A stretch of 64,000 nucleotides of DNA from Clostridia bacterium (GCA_017399945.1 JAFQAQ010000004.1:199022-263021), one strand, 5' to 3'. Shown: positions 53,605 to 62,794, counted from the stretch's first letter. Program-made: numbers and translations. Notes: generated from the letters alone by a model not told the origin.

Positions 53605-54632
53605 TTATCCACCTCTGCAAAAAAGGTTTGTTCTAACTGGTCGTAACTAACCGTTTTTAGTATTTGACCTTTGGAAAAAATTACAACCCCACTCTTTCCA
53701 CCCGCAACGCCAAGGTCGGCGTCTTTGGCTTCGCCCGGTCCGTTTACTACACAGCCCATTACGGCTACTTTTATGGGTTTGGAAAACCTTTGCAAGTATT
53801 CTTCGGTCTTTTTTGCAAAAGACATACAATCCCACTCACATCTTCCACAGGTAGGACATGCAATAAGTTTTGGACAGTCATTTTTAAGGTTTAATGCCGA
53901 GAGTATGCTCTTTGCGGCAATTACTTCGCGTTCGGGATCGGCAGATAGGCTTACCCTTATAGTGTCGCCTATGCCTTTAACTAAAAGCGCGCCTATTCCT
54001 ATTGCGTTTTTTATCACTCCCGAATACTCCGTGCCTGCCTCGGTTACTCCCACGTGTAAGGGATAATCGGTTTTTTTCGCCACGTACTCGTACGCTTTGA
54101 TAGCGAGTGGAACGTCCGATGCTTTTACCGAGATAACCAAGTTATCCACGCCGTATTTTTCCATTATCGCAACTTGTTTTAAGGCGCTTTCGCCTAGCGA
54201 TATCTCGTTCTTGCCGTACTTTTCTAAAAAATCTTTTTCTATACTGCCGGTATTAGAACCAATTCTTACTGGAATTGCTGCGCTTTTTACGGCTAACGCA
54301 ACTTGTTTTACACCTTGTTCGCTACCGATATTCCCCGGGTTTATCCTTATTTTATCAGCGCCACCTTTAATTGATTCTAGCGCTAGTTTATAGTCGAAAT
54401 GTATATCGGCAACCAAAGGCATATCCGTGCCTTTTTTAACCAAGCCAAACGACCTTGCGTCTTCTATATCGGTTACCGAAAAACGCATTATATCACAACC
54501 TATTTGGTTTAGTTTGTTACACTCTGCTATCGCCCTTTCAACCTTCTTTATTTGAAAGGTCGCCATAGATTGTATTGCTATTGGGTTGCCACCACCTATC
54601 GTAAGGTTGCCTATCTTTACTTTTTTGGACAT
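53592..54632 (-). CDS. ispG: 4-hydroxy-3-methylbut-2-en-1-yl diphosphate synthase (flavodoxin)
   Basis: The start is moved to the ATG at 54632 (GAGGAGG RBS). It has a TIM-barrel N-domain and a C-terminal 4Fe-4S motif (CPTCGRC...GCVVNGPGE). Confidence 0.9.
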   Translation of the reverse strand: MSKKVKIGNLTIGGGNPIAIQSMATFQIKKVERAIAECNKLNQIGCDIMRFSVTDIEDARSFGLVKKGTDMPLVADIHFDYKLALESIKGGADKIRINPGNIGSEQGVKQVALAVKSAAIPVRIGSNTGSIEKDFLEKYGKNEISLGESALKQVAIMEKYGVDNLVISVKASDVPLAIKAYEYVAKKTDYPLHVGVTEAGTEYSGVIKNAIGIGALLVKGIGDTIRVSLSADPEREVIAAKSILSALNLKNDCPKLIACPTCGRCEWDCMSFAKKTEEYLQRFSKPIKVAVMGCVVNGPGEAKDADLGVAGGKSGVVIFSKGQILKTVSYDQLEQTFFAEVDKCLR

Positions 54633-54652
54633 ATTACCTCCTCGTCTTATAG

Positions 54653-54681
54653 ATTTTATCACACCATAACGAAATTGTAAA
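54653..54681 (-). promoter_or_regulatory. putative ispG promoter (TTTACA-17-TAAAAT)
   Basis: On the minus strand, TTTACA is at 54681-54676, the spacer is 17 nt and TAAAAT is at 54658-54653. Confidence 0.45.
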
Positions 54682-54737
54682 GTTTATGCGTAAAATAAAA
54701 AGACGCCCGTGTGTACAGACGCCTTTTTGACGGTTTT

Positions 54738-55634
54738 TTACGCACCTGCTCTATTTCTATACATATAAACTATGTTAGCATAGTAATCTTCTAGATAAGT
54801 AGCAAGGTTGCCTTCACCCGTTATATCTTGGTAGGCAAAGGTCGGTTCTAAGGTGTTGTAGTAAGAAGTTACGCAAGCTATAACGTCCTTATAATACCCC
54901 ATTTCCACAAGTTGTTCTTTGGTAAAAGACGTTGCGAAAATTTGCGCGTATTTTATATCTAAATTTGCTTTTACTTGTTCGATAGCGTTTTTGTGTCGTT
55001 GCTCCTTTTCGTCCAAGGAATTGTTATACTTAAATACTTCCATTTCAATGGCTTTTTGCGAGTCCTTAACTTCACCCGTCCGTTTGGTAATTGCGCTTTG
55101 ATAATAAGTGTTATAATACTCGGAAATGTTATCTAAAACGCTCGTATACCCTTCAATTTGCGATTGGGTTTGAGTTATTAATCCGTTGTATTTTGCAGTG
55201 AGTTTATTCTTTTTTGCGTTAATTTTGTCGGTTAGTTCTTGTATTCTATCCGACACCACGACGGAATTTGCCATACCCCTTAGAGTTGCTTGTTCTTGAA
55301 CGTCTTTTAGTGATTGTTCTAGCTGAAAATCAAGGTCTGATAGTTCTGAGGCAAGGTTTTGAGATAACAAGGTTTTTTTAGCCGTTAGTTCTTGTATTTT
55401 TACGTTTACTTCAAAAGTCTTATCGGCTATTTCCTTTTGGTAATCGGTGTATGCAATCGCCCTTGCTCTCTGCGCGATTTCAGCATCGTTTAAGGGCGTG
55501 TGTTGCAACCTTTCAAGCGATATCGTTTGAAAGGCAACGCCTTCGTAATCTACCTTGCGAAGACGATAGTATTTGTATATTTCCACCAATATTTCATACA
55601 TTTCTGCTTTGGTGGTAGGTTGATTAAAAGTCAT
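54738..55634 (-). CDS. hypothetical phage structural protein, coiled-coil-rich
   Basis: 298 aa with a long heptad-like central region (KIQELTAKKTLLSQNLASELSDLDFQLEQSLKDVQEQ...). It is the last gene of the module. Confidence 0.4.
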   Translation of the reverse strand: MTFNQPTTKAEMYEILVEIYKYYRLRKVDYEGVAFQTISLERLQHTPLNDAEIAQRARAIAYTDYQKEIADKTFEVNVKIQELTAKKTLLSQNLASELSDLDFQLEQSLKDVQEQATLRGMANSVVVSDRIQELTDKINAKKNKLTAKYNGLITQTQSQIEGYTSVLDNISEYYNTYYQSAITKRTGEVKDSQKAIEMEVFKYNNSLDEKEQRHKNAIEQVKANLDIKYAQIFATSFTKEQLVEMGYYKDVIACVTSYYNTLEPTFAYQDITGEGNLATYLEDYYANIVYMYRNRAGA

Positions 55635-55638
55635 ATTT

Positions 55639-56883
55639 TTATTCTCCTAATACCTGATATTTTATAATTAAACTGTTCAACGGCAAGCTTTTACATTCGC
55701 CGTAAACGGATACGCTAAGCTTTTTAGTTAATAGACAAGTTTGTTCTGAAAAAGTGTTTTCTACGTTGAAGGCTTTCGAACCGAAATCCCCTAGTAAAGT
55801 TATTCTCACACCGCCTTTGCCCTTGCCGTTGATTGATAGTATTTTAACTAGTTTGCCGTCGGCAACTACCTCTTCTTTTGAAGTGTATGCGCTGTTGCCT
55901 TGTTTGTCTTTACTATTAAATACAACTATCTTGTTAAAATAATCTACGGCAAAATTTTCCCTACTCGCTAATCTTAGTGGCCTAACGTAGAAACGTTCGC
56001 CCGTGCGCACGTTATAACATAAGGTTGCTATTCGTTGGTCCTGCCCCCACATAACGCAAGCTAGATACCAATCCCCACTTTTACTTGCCACCGTTTGCAT
56101 GGTTACTATTTCCACGTCGTCGGGAACTATTCTCGTCTTTGTGATTTTTCCGTCCGAATAAACGCATAAATACTCGTCTTGCAAAAAACAACATTTGTCG
56201 TTAAATCCAACGAAAGAATATTCTTTCGGGGAAATTTCTCCAACTAGTTCTTCTTTTAATATATAGTCGGCGCTAGTGCCTTTTACTATTAAGGTCGCAA
56301 AGCCTTTTTGACAGCAAACTACAAGCTTTTCGTTCACTGCGTTAATCCCTACGACGTCGCCTAAATTTTGGTCTAGTACGATAAAATTTTTGAATTCTAA
56401 CGGCTGATTTTTACTCGTGTAGTCAAGTGGCGCACTAAACAAAAGTCTGTTTTCGTGGGCGGTAAAAAGCACGTCGTTACAAATTACCGTGTTTTCGTAA
56501 AAGGGCATTTTCGCTTGCATGGTTTGTCCACCTAGTACTTGTACGGTAGTTTGATTTGCTATTATGATTTTACTCTCCCCGTCCATTAAAACTTTTAACA
56601 TTACGGGCGTTGTTTCAAACTTAGTGCTACTTGCTCCAATTAAACCGTTTTGAGTTATTTCATACACTTTCTTATCGCTTGCATAACCAAACCTTCTTTG
56701 GTCTACGTAATATAGATTGGTTAAACTTATATTGTTTGGTACCGAGCATATCTCGTAGGAATAATCCCCACCGGATTTTAGCGTATCTCCTTTTGCTATC
56801 GCCCTAGTTTCAGTGCCTAAGTGACTTTCGAAATTATACTTTATATTTTTTATCGACCGACTTTTGGTCTTTGAGTTTTTCAT
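55639..56883 (-). CDS. hypothetical phage structural protein (beta-rich; candidate tail hub or tail-associated protein)
   Basis: 414 aa. It abuts the preceding gene with no gap. No motif was recognised, so the call rests on position alone. Confidence 0.35.
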   Translation of the reverse strand: MKNSKTKSRSIKNIKYNFESHLGTETRAIAKGDTLKSGGDYSYEICSVPNNISLTNLYYVDQRRFGYASDKKVYEITQNGLIGASSTKFETTPVMLKVLMDGESKIIIANQTTVQVLGGQTMQAKMPFYENTVICNDVLFTAHENRLLFSAPLDYTSKNQPLEFKNFIVLDQNLGDVVGINAVNEKLVVCCQKGFATLIVKGTSADYILKEELVGEISPKEYSFVGFNDKCCFLQDEYLCVYSDGKITKTRIVPDDVEIVTMQTVASKSGDWYLACVMWGQDQRIATLCYNVRTGERFYVRPLRLASRENFAVDYFNKIVVFNSKDKQGNSAYTSKEEVVADGKLVKILSINGKGKGGVRITLLGDFGSKAFNVENTFSEQTCLLTKKLSVSVYGECKSLPLNSLIIKYQVLGE

Positions 56884-57453
56884 CTATACCCAACTCCTTT
56901 CCGACATGGTTACGTTGGTAATTTTTAGGCATCGTTTTATTGATTCTATAAACTTTTCGTGCCAAGAAACTGCTCCGTCAAAATCAGCTATCGTTAGCAA
57001 ATATTCGGCAACTACTCCGTATGCAATAGTAACGGGAGTTAGTTTTTGGTTGGAAAAGTTTAAGCTTTGTTCAGTGGTTAGTTTAGTTGGAAGATAGTTA
57101 TAAGTTATGCTATAAACCGGTTCTTTTGTAGAAAAATGGTCTGCAAATTGCTCGTATTCAATGGGTGCGCCACCCACACCTTTTACAGATACGATTTTTA
57201 TGGGAATGGACACCAAACTAGTGTAATAGGTTTTGCCAATCACGTTTCTTCCGCTATCCGTTCTATGCACGGGAAGTTTATCCACGCATAGTTCGCTTAG
57301 TACCAGTTCGGTAACGCCCAAAAGGGTTTTGGTTTGTTCCACGCAATCGCCCGATATAGCCGAAGGATTATCCACGTAATTCACCACGTTGGGTTTGTTT
57401 AGTATGGTTGCCGCCGCCCTTATTATATCTTTTATTTTAATTATTTTGTCCAT
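56884..57453 (-). CDS. hypothetical phage protein (candidate head-completion/adaptor, by position)
   Basis: 189 aa. It is the first gene after the capsid-gene terminator. Confidence 0.35.
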   Translation of the reverse strand: MDKIIKIKDIIRAAATILNKPNVVNYVDNPSAISGDCVEQTKTLLGVTELVLSELCVDKLPVHRTDSGRNVIGKTYYTSLVSIPIKIVSVKGVGGAPIEYEQFADHFSTKEPVYSITYNYLPTKLTTEQSLNFSNQKLTPVTIAYGVVAEYLLTIADFDGAVSWHEKFIESIKRCLKITNVTMSERSWV

Positions 57454-57465
57454 TAATATCTCCTT

Positions 57466-57500
57466 TATAAAAATATGCCGAGTTCAGCTGAACTCGGCAT
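57466..57500 (-). terminator. intrinsic terminator/attenuator directly after the major capsid gene
   Basis: ATGCCGAGTTC-AGCT-GAACTCGGCAT (perfect 11-bp stem, 57475-57500), followed by a U-rich tract on the minus strand. Confidence 0.7.
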
Positions 57501-57511
57501 ATCTAAGTTAG

Positions 57512-58690
57512 TTAGGCTTCTACGATGCCGTTAATCATACCCTGACCGTTAGGACGAGCGCAAATTAAATCTGCATACTTAACCAAGGTTGCCGTGTAAA
57601 CGGGTTTACCCGCAACTTGTTTTAAGATTTTTCCGTCGTCGCCTGCAAGCCATTGCCAATCGCAAAGTTGATGCAAGGTGAAGTCTTCGGTGTTGAGCAT
57701 GTACATAGTTCCCTTAGGACAGAATCTATCGGCTACGATTGGAATTCCGTTGTAGCTCATTGCCTTATAACCGCCTGCAAGTTCCATAACGTCTACGTTA
57801 CGATTGTTTTTGGCAAATAGTTTTTGCAACGCCCTTCTTACGCCCCAAGAACATACGATAAAGTTTACGCCTGCGCCACTGTTTTCTTCAATGGTGTCTA
57901 GGGCTGTTTGCAAGGTGATTTCGTCGATTTCGCCTGCGTTTTCTAATACGTAAGGCTTTAACCAAGCGTTCTTTTCCTTTTCTAGTCCGTAAAGTTTAGT
58001 TACGTTTGGATCAAAGATTGCCTTTAAGCCGGTGATTTCGTTTTCAAAAGAGTTTTGAACGGATATGGTGCAACCTTCGGAAATTTGAGAAGCAGTTACG
58101 CTTGCGCCGGAAATTGCAATTTTGTTGTTTGCTCTATCAACCGAAAGAATACGTCTTGCGCCTACTTCTGCTATTGCGTTTTCAGATGCGTCTCTAAATT
58201 CGATTACCATACCTTCGATAACGTTTTGTACGGTATCTAAACTGATAACGCCGTCTGCTACGCCGGTAACCTTGCCGAGTTTCCCACTGCCGTCACCGAA
58301 AAGCATTCTGCCAAAGTTAAAGGAACTTGATTTAATAAGTCCTTCCATTTCTGCGTTGAGAAGGCTTACGAACGCTCCGCTGTTGTTTTCGGAAGCTCTT
58401 ACTGCCTTGTCGGAAATTTCGATAGTGCCGTAAAGGTTTTTAAGGGTGGTTACGAACTGACCGTAGTTGTTGCCGGTTGCTTTGGGAAGGTCGCCGTCTT
58501 CGGTACCCGCGCCAATACCGCCGTTTAAGCCGTATATAGCAAGTTTTCTTACTTCCTTACCCCATACGTCGTTGGTCGATTGTTTGATTTTTGCAAGTAA
58601 AGGGTTTACTTGGGTGTTGAGTTGTTCGGTTACTACGTCTAAATATAATGATTTTAACGCGTTGTCTGCGTTAGATAAAGTTACTGCCAT
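57512..58690 (-). CDS. phage major capsid protein
   Basis: 392 aa. It follows the scaffold gene, and its size and sequence style (MAVTLSNADNALKSLYLDVVTEQLNTQVNPLLAKI...) are typical of HK97-fold coat proteins of short-tailed phages. The call rests on pattern and position. Confidence 0.65.
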   Translation of the reverse strand: MAVTLSNADNALKSLYLDVVTEQLNTQVNPLLAKIKQSTNDVWGKEVRKLAIYGLNGGIGAGTEDGDLPKATGNNYGQFVTTLKNLYGTIEISDKAVRASENNSGAFVSLLNAEMEGLIKSSSFNFGRMLFGDGSGKLGKVTGVADGVISLDTVQNVIEGMVIEFRDASENAIAEVGARRILSVDRANNKIAISGASVTASQISEGCTISVQNSFENEITGLKAIFDPNVTKLYGLEKEKNAWLKPYVLENAGEIDEITLQTALDTIEENSGAGVNFIVCSWGVRRALQKLFAKNNRNVDVMELAGGYKAMSYNGIPIVADRFCPKGTMYMLNTEDFTLHQLCDWQWLAGDDGKILKQVAGKPVYTATLVKYADLICARPNGQGMINGIVEA

Positions 58691-58713
58691 TTTTTCTCCT
58701 TTTAATTAGCTTT

Positions 58714-59148
58714 TTATTTTAATATTTCTATTGCCAAAGCGCCTGCTTCGGCAATAGTTTTGGGTTTAGACACGGGTGTTTTTAATCCAACCCCGTTATC
58801 GTCTAATAATATTGCCGTTTGTTTGGAAGTTACCACGTTTTTTAGGTAGTCTTTAAGGATTTGCTGTTTTTCCTCTTGGGTTATACCTTGCTCGTTTACT
58901 TCTTTTTCCTCCACGGATTGTACGTTCGGGGCAGTAGTCTTGTCGAACGTCGTCGCCGTGCCCTCCAACTCCTTTATTCGCTGACAGCGTTTGGTAAATT
59001 CAGCTTGCAAAGAGTTGTACGCGTGAATAAGCGCGTTTACGTCTTTAAACTTGCCCAATGAGACTTGTTCTTTCGTAACGCCGTTAGTCTCTTCTGCCTC
59101 CGCAGGTTGCGTTTGAAGTTCAGTTTGTTCATTTTTAAGTTGCTCCAT
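58714..59148 (-). CDS. phage scaffolding protein
   Basis: 144 aa, acidic and helical (EQ-rich), lying between the portal and capsid genes. Confidence 0.55.
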   Translation of the reverse strand: MEQLKNEQTELQTQPAEAEETNGVTKEQVSLGKFKDVNALIHAYNSLQAEFTKRCQRIKELEGTATTFDKTTAPNVQSVEEKEVNEQGITQEEKQQILKDYLKNVVTSKQTAILLDDNGVGLKTPVSKPKTIAEAGALAIEILK

Positions 59149-59170
59149 AATGGTTTATTCTCCCCTTTTT

Positions 59171-61060
59171 TTATATTGCTTTTTGTTGTTGGTTTTGCTT
59201 GCTATATACTTTTTCTTTATGTTCTTTTATATGTTTTGAAAACCTTTGTTTTTGTTGGTCGTTAAGGCTTTGGTATTCTGATAGGACAAACCTTAAATGC
59301 TCGTCTACGTGAATACTATCGTCGTCAAAATCTTCTACCGATAATTCGGTTTGTTTTAGTTTGTCGTTTTCTCTACGCGCTTTTTCTTCTTGTAATTTGG
59401 ATAGTCCTTTTGAATAATCCAAGTCCTTATAACCTAGTAAGGTTAAGATTTTTTCTTTTACCGATGGTCTTACGTTTCCGTTATCGTCGTTAAGTAATCC
59501 ACTTTGGTATAATCTAAAAATCATATCCTTTTTTTGAGCGTGAGTGTAAAGCATTTCGTTTTCACTATCAAGGTATACGTCGTCTGATTCAAGCACGTTT
59601 TTATCGGCGTATAGTATCTTGGTTTTATTGAATTCGTCTTGGTATTTTACAGGTCTTACGCCCGTTAAAAATTGCGAGTATAATCTCACCGTTTGCCTTG
59701 CGATTTCAAGGTAACTTAAACGCACGTTTTCTGCTGAAAAAACCAAGCGTTCGTTGTCTTGCTCTACCATGATTTCTAGGGCTGAACTGCTCCTTATAAC
59801 CGATGCTTCGGAGGTGGTTGACGCGTCCGGCACACCACTTATTATTACGAACTCGTTTATAAGTTTGCTCTCTTCTTCGCTAAATTCGGTGGGCATAGTA
59901 AGTCCGTCCATCATTTCGGGGGCTTTCGCGCCTTGACGGTAAACTAAAACCTTGCCGGGAGATAGTCCTTCTTCAGCAAGGTCGTCTGTATCTAACGAGC
60001 CGTCTTCTACGGTCATTACCCCCATAGAGAGCCTATTTAGAAATTCGTGTTTACGGTTTTTTACTGCGTTAAACGCACGTTGTACGGGAATTAGTCTTTC
60101 TATAACGCTAGTTCCAAAAAAGTTTCCCGCTACGTTCATGCAGTCTTGTTTTACAAAGGGGAAATCCCTACGTTTATCCTTGCCGTTAAGGTATGGCAAT
60201 TCTCCGTAATAAAGTAGTTTGTCTTGACACACGGTTATAAGTCTGCCGTTTGGGAATTCTTGTGACGGGCGTTCGTATCTTTCTATAACGATTGCGCTAT
60301 TATCCACCTTTCCGGTATCCGAATCGTCGGTTACGCCAAGACGTTTTGCCGTGTCTAGATTAAACACGCCTATGCTTTCGCCAACTACGTCTACCCCGTA
60401 TTTTTCCTTTATACGTTTAACGCTTACAGCCCTTGCGTGAATAATACTGTCGCAGTCGGAAAGTTTGTCCGCATATATGCTATCGGGAAAGATTTCAAAG
60501 GGTGATACGGCTATAATTTTAACGTCTCCTTCGTACACTTTTTGTCCGTTTAGTTGGCCAAGGTTGTTTCCTCCTTGATTATCCCACACGATTTTATAAA
60601 ATCCCGTGCCACACGTTTCCGACCATGTGGTTACCTTTTTTACCACGCTTTCTAAATCCGAGCGTTTAAACGCCCCGTCGATAAACTTTTGGGCTAGAAC
60701 AGAATCGTCCATATCCTTATCGCTATCGCTTTTCGGTCTAACGAAAACGGTGGGCGATATTCTGCTAAACTTTGCAAGTCTAGTTTCTATTATAGGCGCA
60801 ATATGGTTGAATACCCTTTTGTTTTGCCAATAAAATCTTTTGTCTTCTTGGGTAATTTCTCCACGAGAATTTACGTCACAATATTGATTGCCCGACAGAA
60901 AGTTTACGTTAAGTTCCCACTGTCTTTCTATTGCTAGTCGTTGGTTTTGTCGCCTTTGGAAATCGGCTGTTACAAAAGCCACTATCTCTTCGCTAAACGC
61001 GTCTTTTTTAACGGTTTTTAGCTTGCGAGTGGGTTTTGAGTTTTTTGTTTCCGTTTGCAA
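59171..61060 (-). CDS. phage portal protein
   Basis: 629 aa, directly after the terminase genes. TTG start with an AAAGGAG RBS 8 nt upstream. Size and position are typical of portal proteins. Confidence 0.7.
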   Translation of the reverse strand: MQTETKNSKPTRKLKTVKKDAFSEEIVAFVTADFQRRQNQRLAIERQWELNVNFLSGNQYCDVNSRGEITQEDKRFYWQNKRVFNHIAPIIETRLAKFSRISPTVFVRPKSDSDKDMDDSVLAQKFIDGAFKRSDLESVVKKVTTWSETCGTGFYKIVWDNQGGNNLGQLNGQKVYEGDVKIIAVSPFEIFPDSIYADKLSDCDSIIHARAVSVKRIKEKYGVDVVGESIGVFNLDTAKRLGVTDDSDTGKVDNSAIVIERYERPSQEFPNGRLITVCQDKLLYYGELPYLNGKDKRRDFPFVKQDCMNVAGNFFGTSVIERLIPVQRAFNAVKNRKHEFLNRLSMGVMTVEDGSLDTDDLAEEGLSPGKVLVYRQGAKAPEMMDGLTMPTEFSEEESKLINEFVIISGVPDASTTSEASVIRSSSALEIMVEQDNERLVFSAENVRLSYLEIARQTVRLYSQFLTGVRPVKYQDEFNKTKILYADKNVLESDDVYLDSENEMLYTHAQKKDMIFRLYQSGLLNDDNGNVRPSVKEKILTLLGYKDLDYSKGLSKLQEEKARRENDKLKQTELSVEDFDDDSIHVDEHLRFVLSEYQSLNDQQKQRFSKHIKEHKEKVYSKQNQQQKAI

Positions 61061-61368
61061 TTTTTGTTCTCCTTTTCAGTTTGACTTTGACCAAGCAGTT
61101 CAAGTAGCCGTTGTTTTTCTTGTTCTAATTGTTCGTCACTCATTTGTGATATTGGCGTTTGTTCTTGTTCTAACAAGATTTTTAAGGCCGTTATGTCGGG
61201 TGGGACGTTCTTTTTGGTTACTTTTCTTTTGGTTAACGTTACTTCGCCTTCTTGTGTTTGCGAGTATTCTTCTACCACTTCGGTTGCGTCGTACCCGAGC
61301 GCCTTTTTCTTTAACGCGTCTAAGTAATCCGTTTGGTCTATTTGCTTTTTTCTAGTTTTTTCGTTCAT
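61018..61368 (-). CDS. small terminase-like / DNA-packaging accessory protein
   Basis: 116 aa. The LKKKALGYDATEVVEEY...KKNVPPDITALKILLE pattern resembles small terminase subunits. It overlaps the terL 3' end by 17 nt and the portal 5' end by 43 nt. Confidence 0.45.
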   Translation of the reverse strand: MNEKTRKKQIDQTDYLDALKKKALGYDATEVVEEYSQTQEGEVTLTKRKVTKKNVPPDITALKILLEQEQTPISQMSDEQLEQEKQRLLELLGQSQTEKENKNCKRKQKTQNPLAS

Positions 61369-62794
61369 TAAGTATTTTCCTAAAAAGCCGTTCCTTATCC
61401 TTTTGAATTTCCGTCTTTTGAGGTTTTAGTGGAGTTAGGCAAGGCTTTTTCATTATGTAATATCTAAGTTCGTCTAGCGAGTGGTCGTCTACCTTTTTCG
61501 GGTTATCGCCCTCCTGCCACCAATAGCTTTTAAGTTCTCTTATCAAGTTGACGCAGTTTTTAAAGATATATATTCTAGGCTTTCCGTCTTTAACTTTTAA
61601 GTATTGTTTAACCCGTTGTATGCCTGCGAACATATCTTTATTTACGTTTGGGTTTGCGATTATTCCGTTATCGTAAAATAGTTCGGTTACGCTTTTACTG
61701 CTTGCTAACGTTCTTTGGTTTGCAGCCGAGTCTATAAGCGCTTTATATCTCCCCTTGCCGTCTTTTTTCCAGCCTAGCGATTGGCTTATTTGTTTTATTT
61801 TCTCCGCATGATAGGCAACGTCCTTTCCAGCCTGAAAGTGCTCTGCAACTACGTAAATAGTTCCGTCGTAGTCAACTGCGTACCAATGGGCTGAAAGTGG
61901 GTTGTTAAGCCCCGGGTCGATTGAAATTTCGTCCTGCCACTCGGGTGGCACTGAAAACGGCTCGATAACGTGCACGTTCTCGTCAAACTCCGGATATACT
62001 AGCCCTGCGTTTGCCTTAAACCTGCCGTATCTTCTGCTTTCCAAAACGTCTTCTGATAAACTATCGTTTAGTAAATCTACTTCTTCGGGATTAAGATAGG
62101 GGTTGTCCGCCCATTCCATAAACTCGTACCACACTTGTGGATTGTTGTTCTTGTTTAGATAGATTTCTTCGTAGATAAAGGTTAAACCTTTAAGCGGAGT
62201 CATAGTGCCGAACAAGTCACCTTGTCTGTCTAACACTCTCATTCGGCACTCTTCGTAAACGTCACGAGGGGGTTCTTCGTCAAACCACACGAAATCTAGT
62301 GAACTACCTTGAAACTTTTCTCTACCTTGGTCGCACGACTTAAAGCCGATTATCGACGTTCCACCAAAAACGTTTTTTATGCGTATTTGGTCGATTACAC
62401 CATATTTTAGGCTATCTTTTTTGCCCGATAACATGGTTACGTCCTCTATCCAAGAGGGGTTTAGATAGTGCAAAATCTTTTGTTGGGCAACGTCCCTTTG
62501 CACTTGTTGAGAAAGGGACACAACCCATCCGAAAACGTTGTCCTTGTTTTCTCTGTACGGGTGTATCCCTCTCGCTAAGTACACGGCTTCTACCGCGCCA
62601 CATTCAGTTTTTCCGCTCCTGTTTCCACCGAACACCCACCTGTTCTTTTTGGGGCATTTGTGGAAAGCCAGTTGTTTTTGGTGAACTTTTTCACCTGTAT
62701 TATAAATGGAAAGATAGTTATTTTTTTTACGATTTATTTGTTCTCGTTCGATTTGCAGTATGCGTTCTAAAATCTGTTTCATCGCTTCCCTCAC
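61352..62794 (-). CDS. phage terminase large subunit
   Basis: 480 aa. Walker A GGNRSGKTE, Walker B LDFVWFDEE, and C-terminal RNaseH-like nuclease motifs (ISIDPG, DDHSLDELRY). Confidence 0.85.
   Translation of the reverse strand: MREAMKQILERILQIEREQINRKKNNYLSIYNTGEKVHQKQLAFHKCPKKNRWVFGGNRSGKTECGAVEAVYLARGIHPYRENKDNVFGWVVSLSQQVQRDVAQQKILHYLNPSWIEDVTMLSGKKDSLKYGVIDQIRIKNVFGGTSIIGFKSCDQGREKFQGSSLDFVWFDEEPPRDVYEECRMRVLDRQGDLFGTMTPLKGLTFIYEEIYLNKNNNPQVWYEFMEWADNPYLNPEEVDLLNDSLSEDVLESRRYGRFKANAGLVYPEFDENVHVIEPFSVPPEWQDEISIDPGLNNPLSAHWYAVDYDGTIYVVAEHFQAGKDVAYHAEKIKQISQSLGWKKDGKGRYKALIDSAANQRTLASSKSVTELFYDNGIIANPNVNKDMFAGIQRVKQYLKVKDGKPRIYIFKNCVNLIRELKSYWWQEGDNPKKVDDHSLDELRYYIMKKPCLTPLKPQKTEIQKDKERLFRKILNERKN

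Larger units (their letters stand above)
54738..62794 (-). mobile_element. phage-derived head/packaging module (8 co-oriented, tightly packed genes) without integrase, replication, lysis or long-tail genes
   Basis: It holds TerL, a small TerS-like ORF, portal, scaffold, major capsid, and three post-capsid structural ORFs. Host genes flank it on both sides, within 75 nt (ispG) and 195 nt (MATE). Confidence 0.7.

Noticed and set aside
54701-54727. AGACGCC ... AGACGCC flanked by A and T runs, which at first glance looked like a terminator after the last phage-like gene.
   Set aside because: The two GC-rich segments are direct repeats, not inverted, so no stable hairpin forms. Only the 6-nt palindrome TGTACA lies between them.
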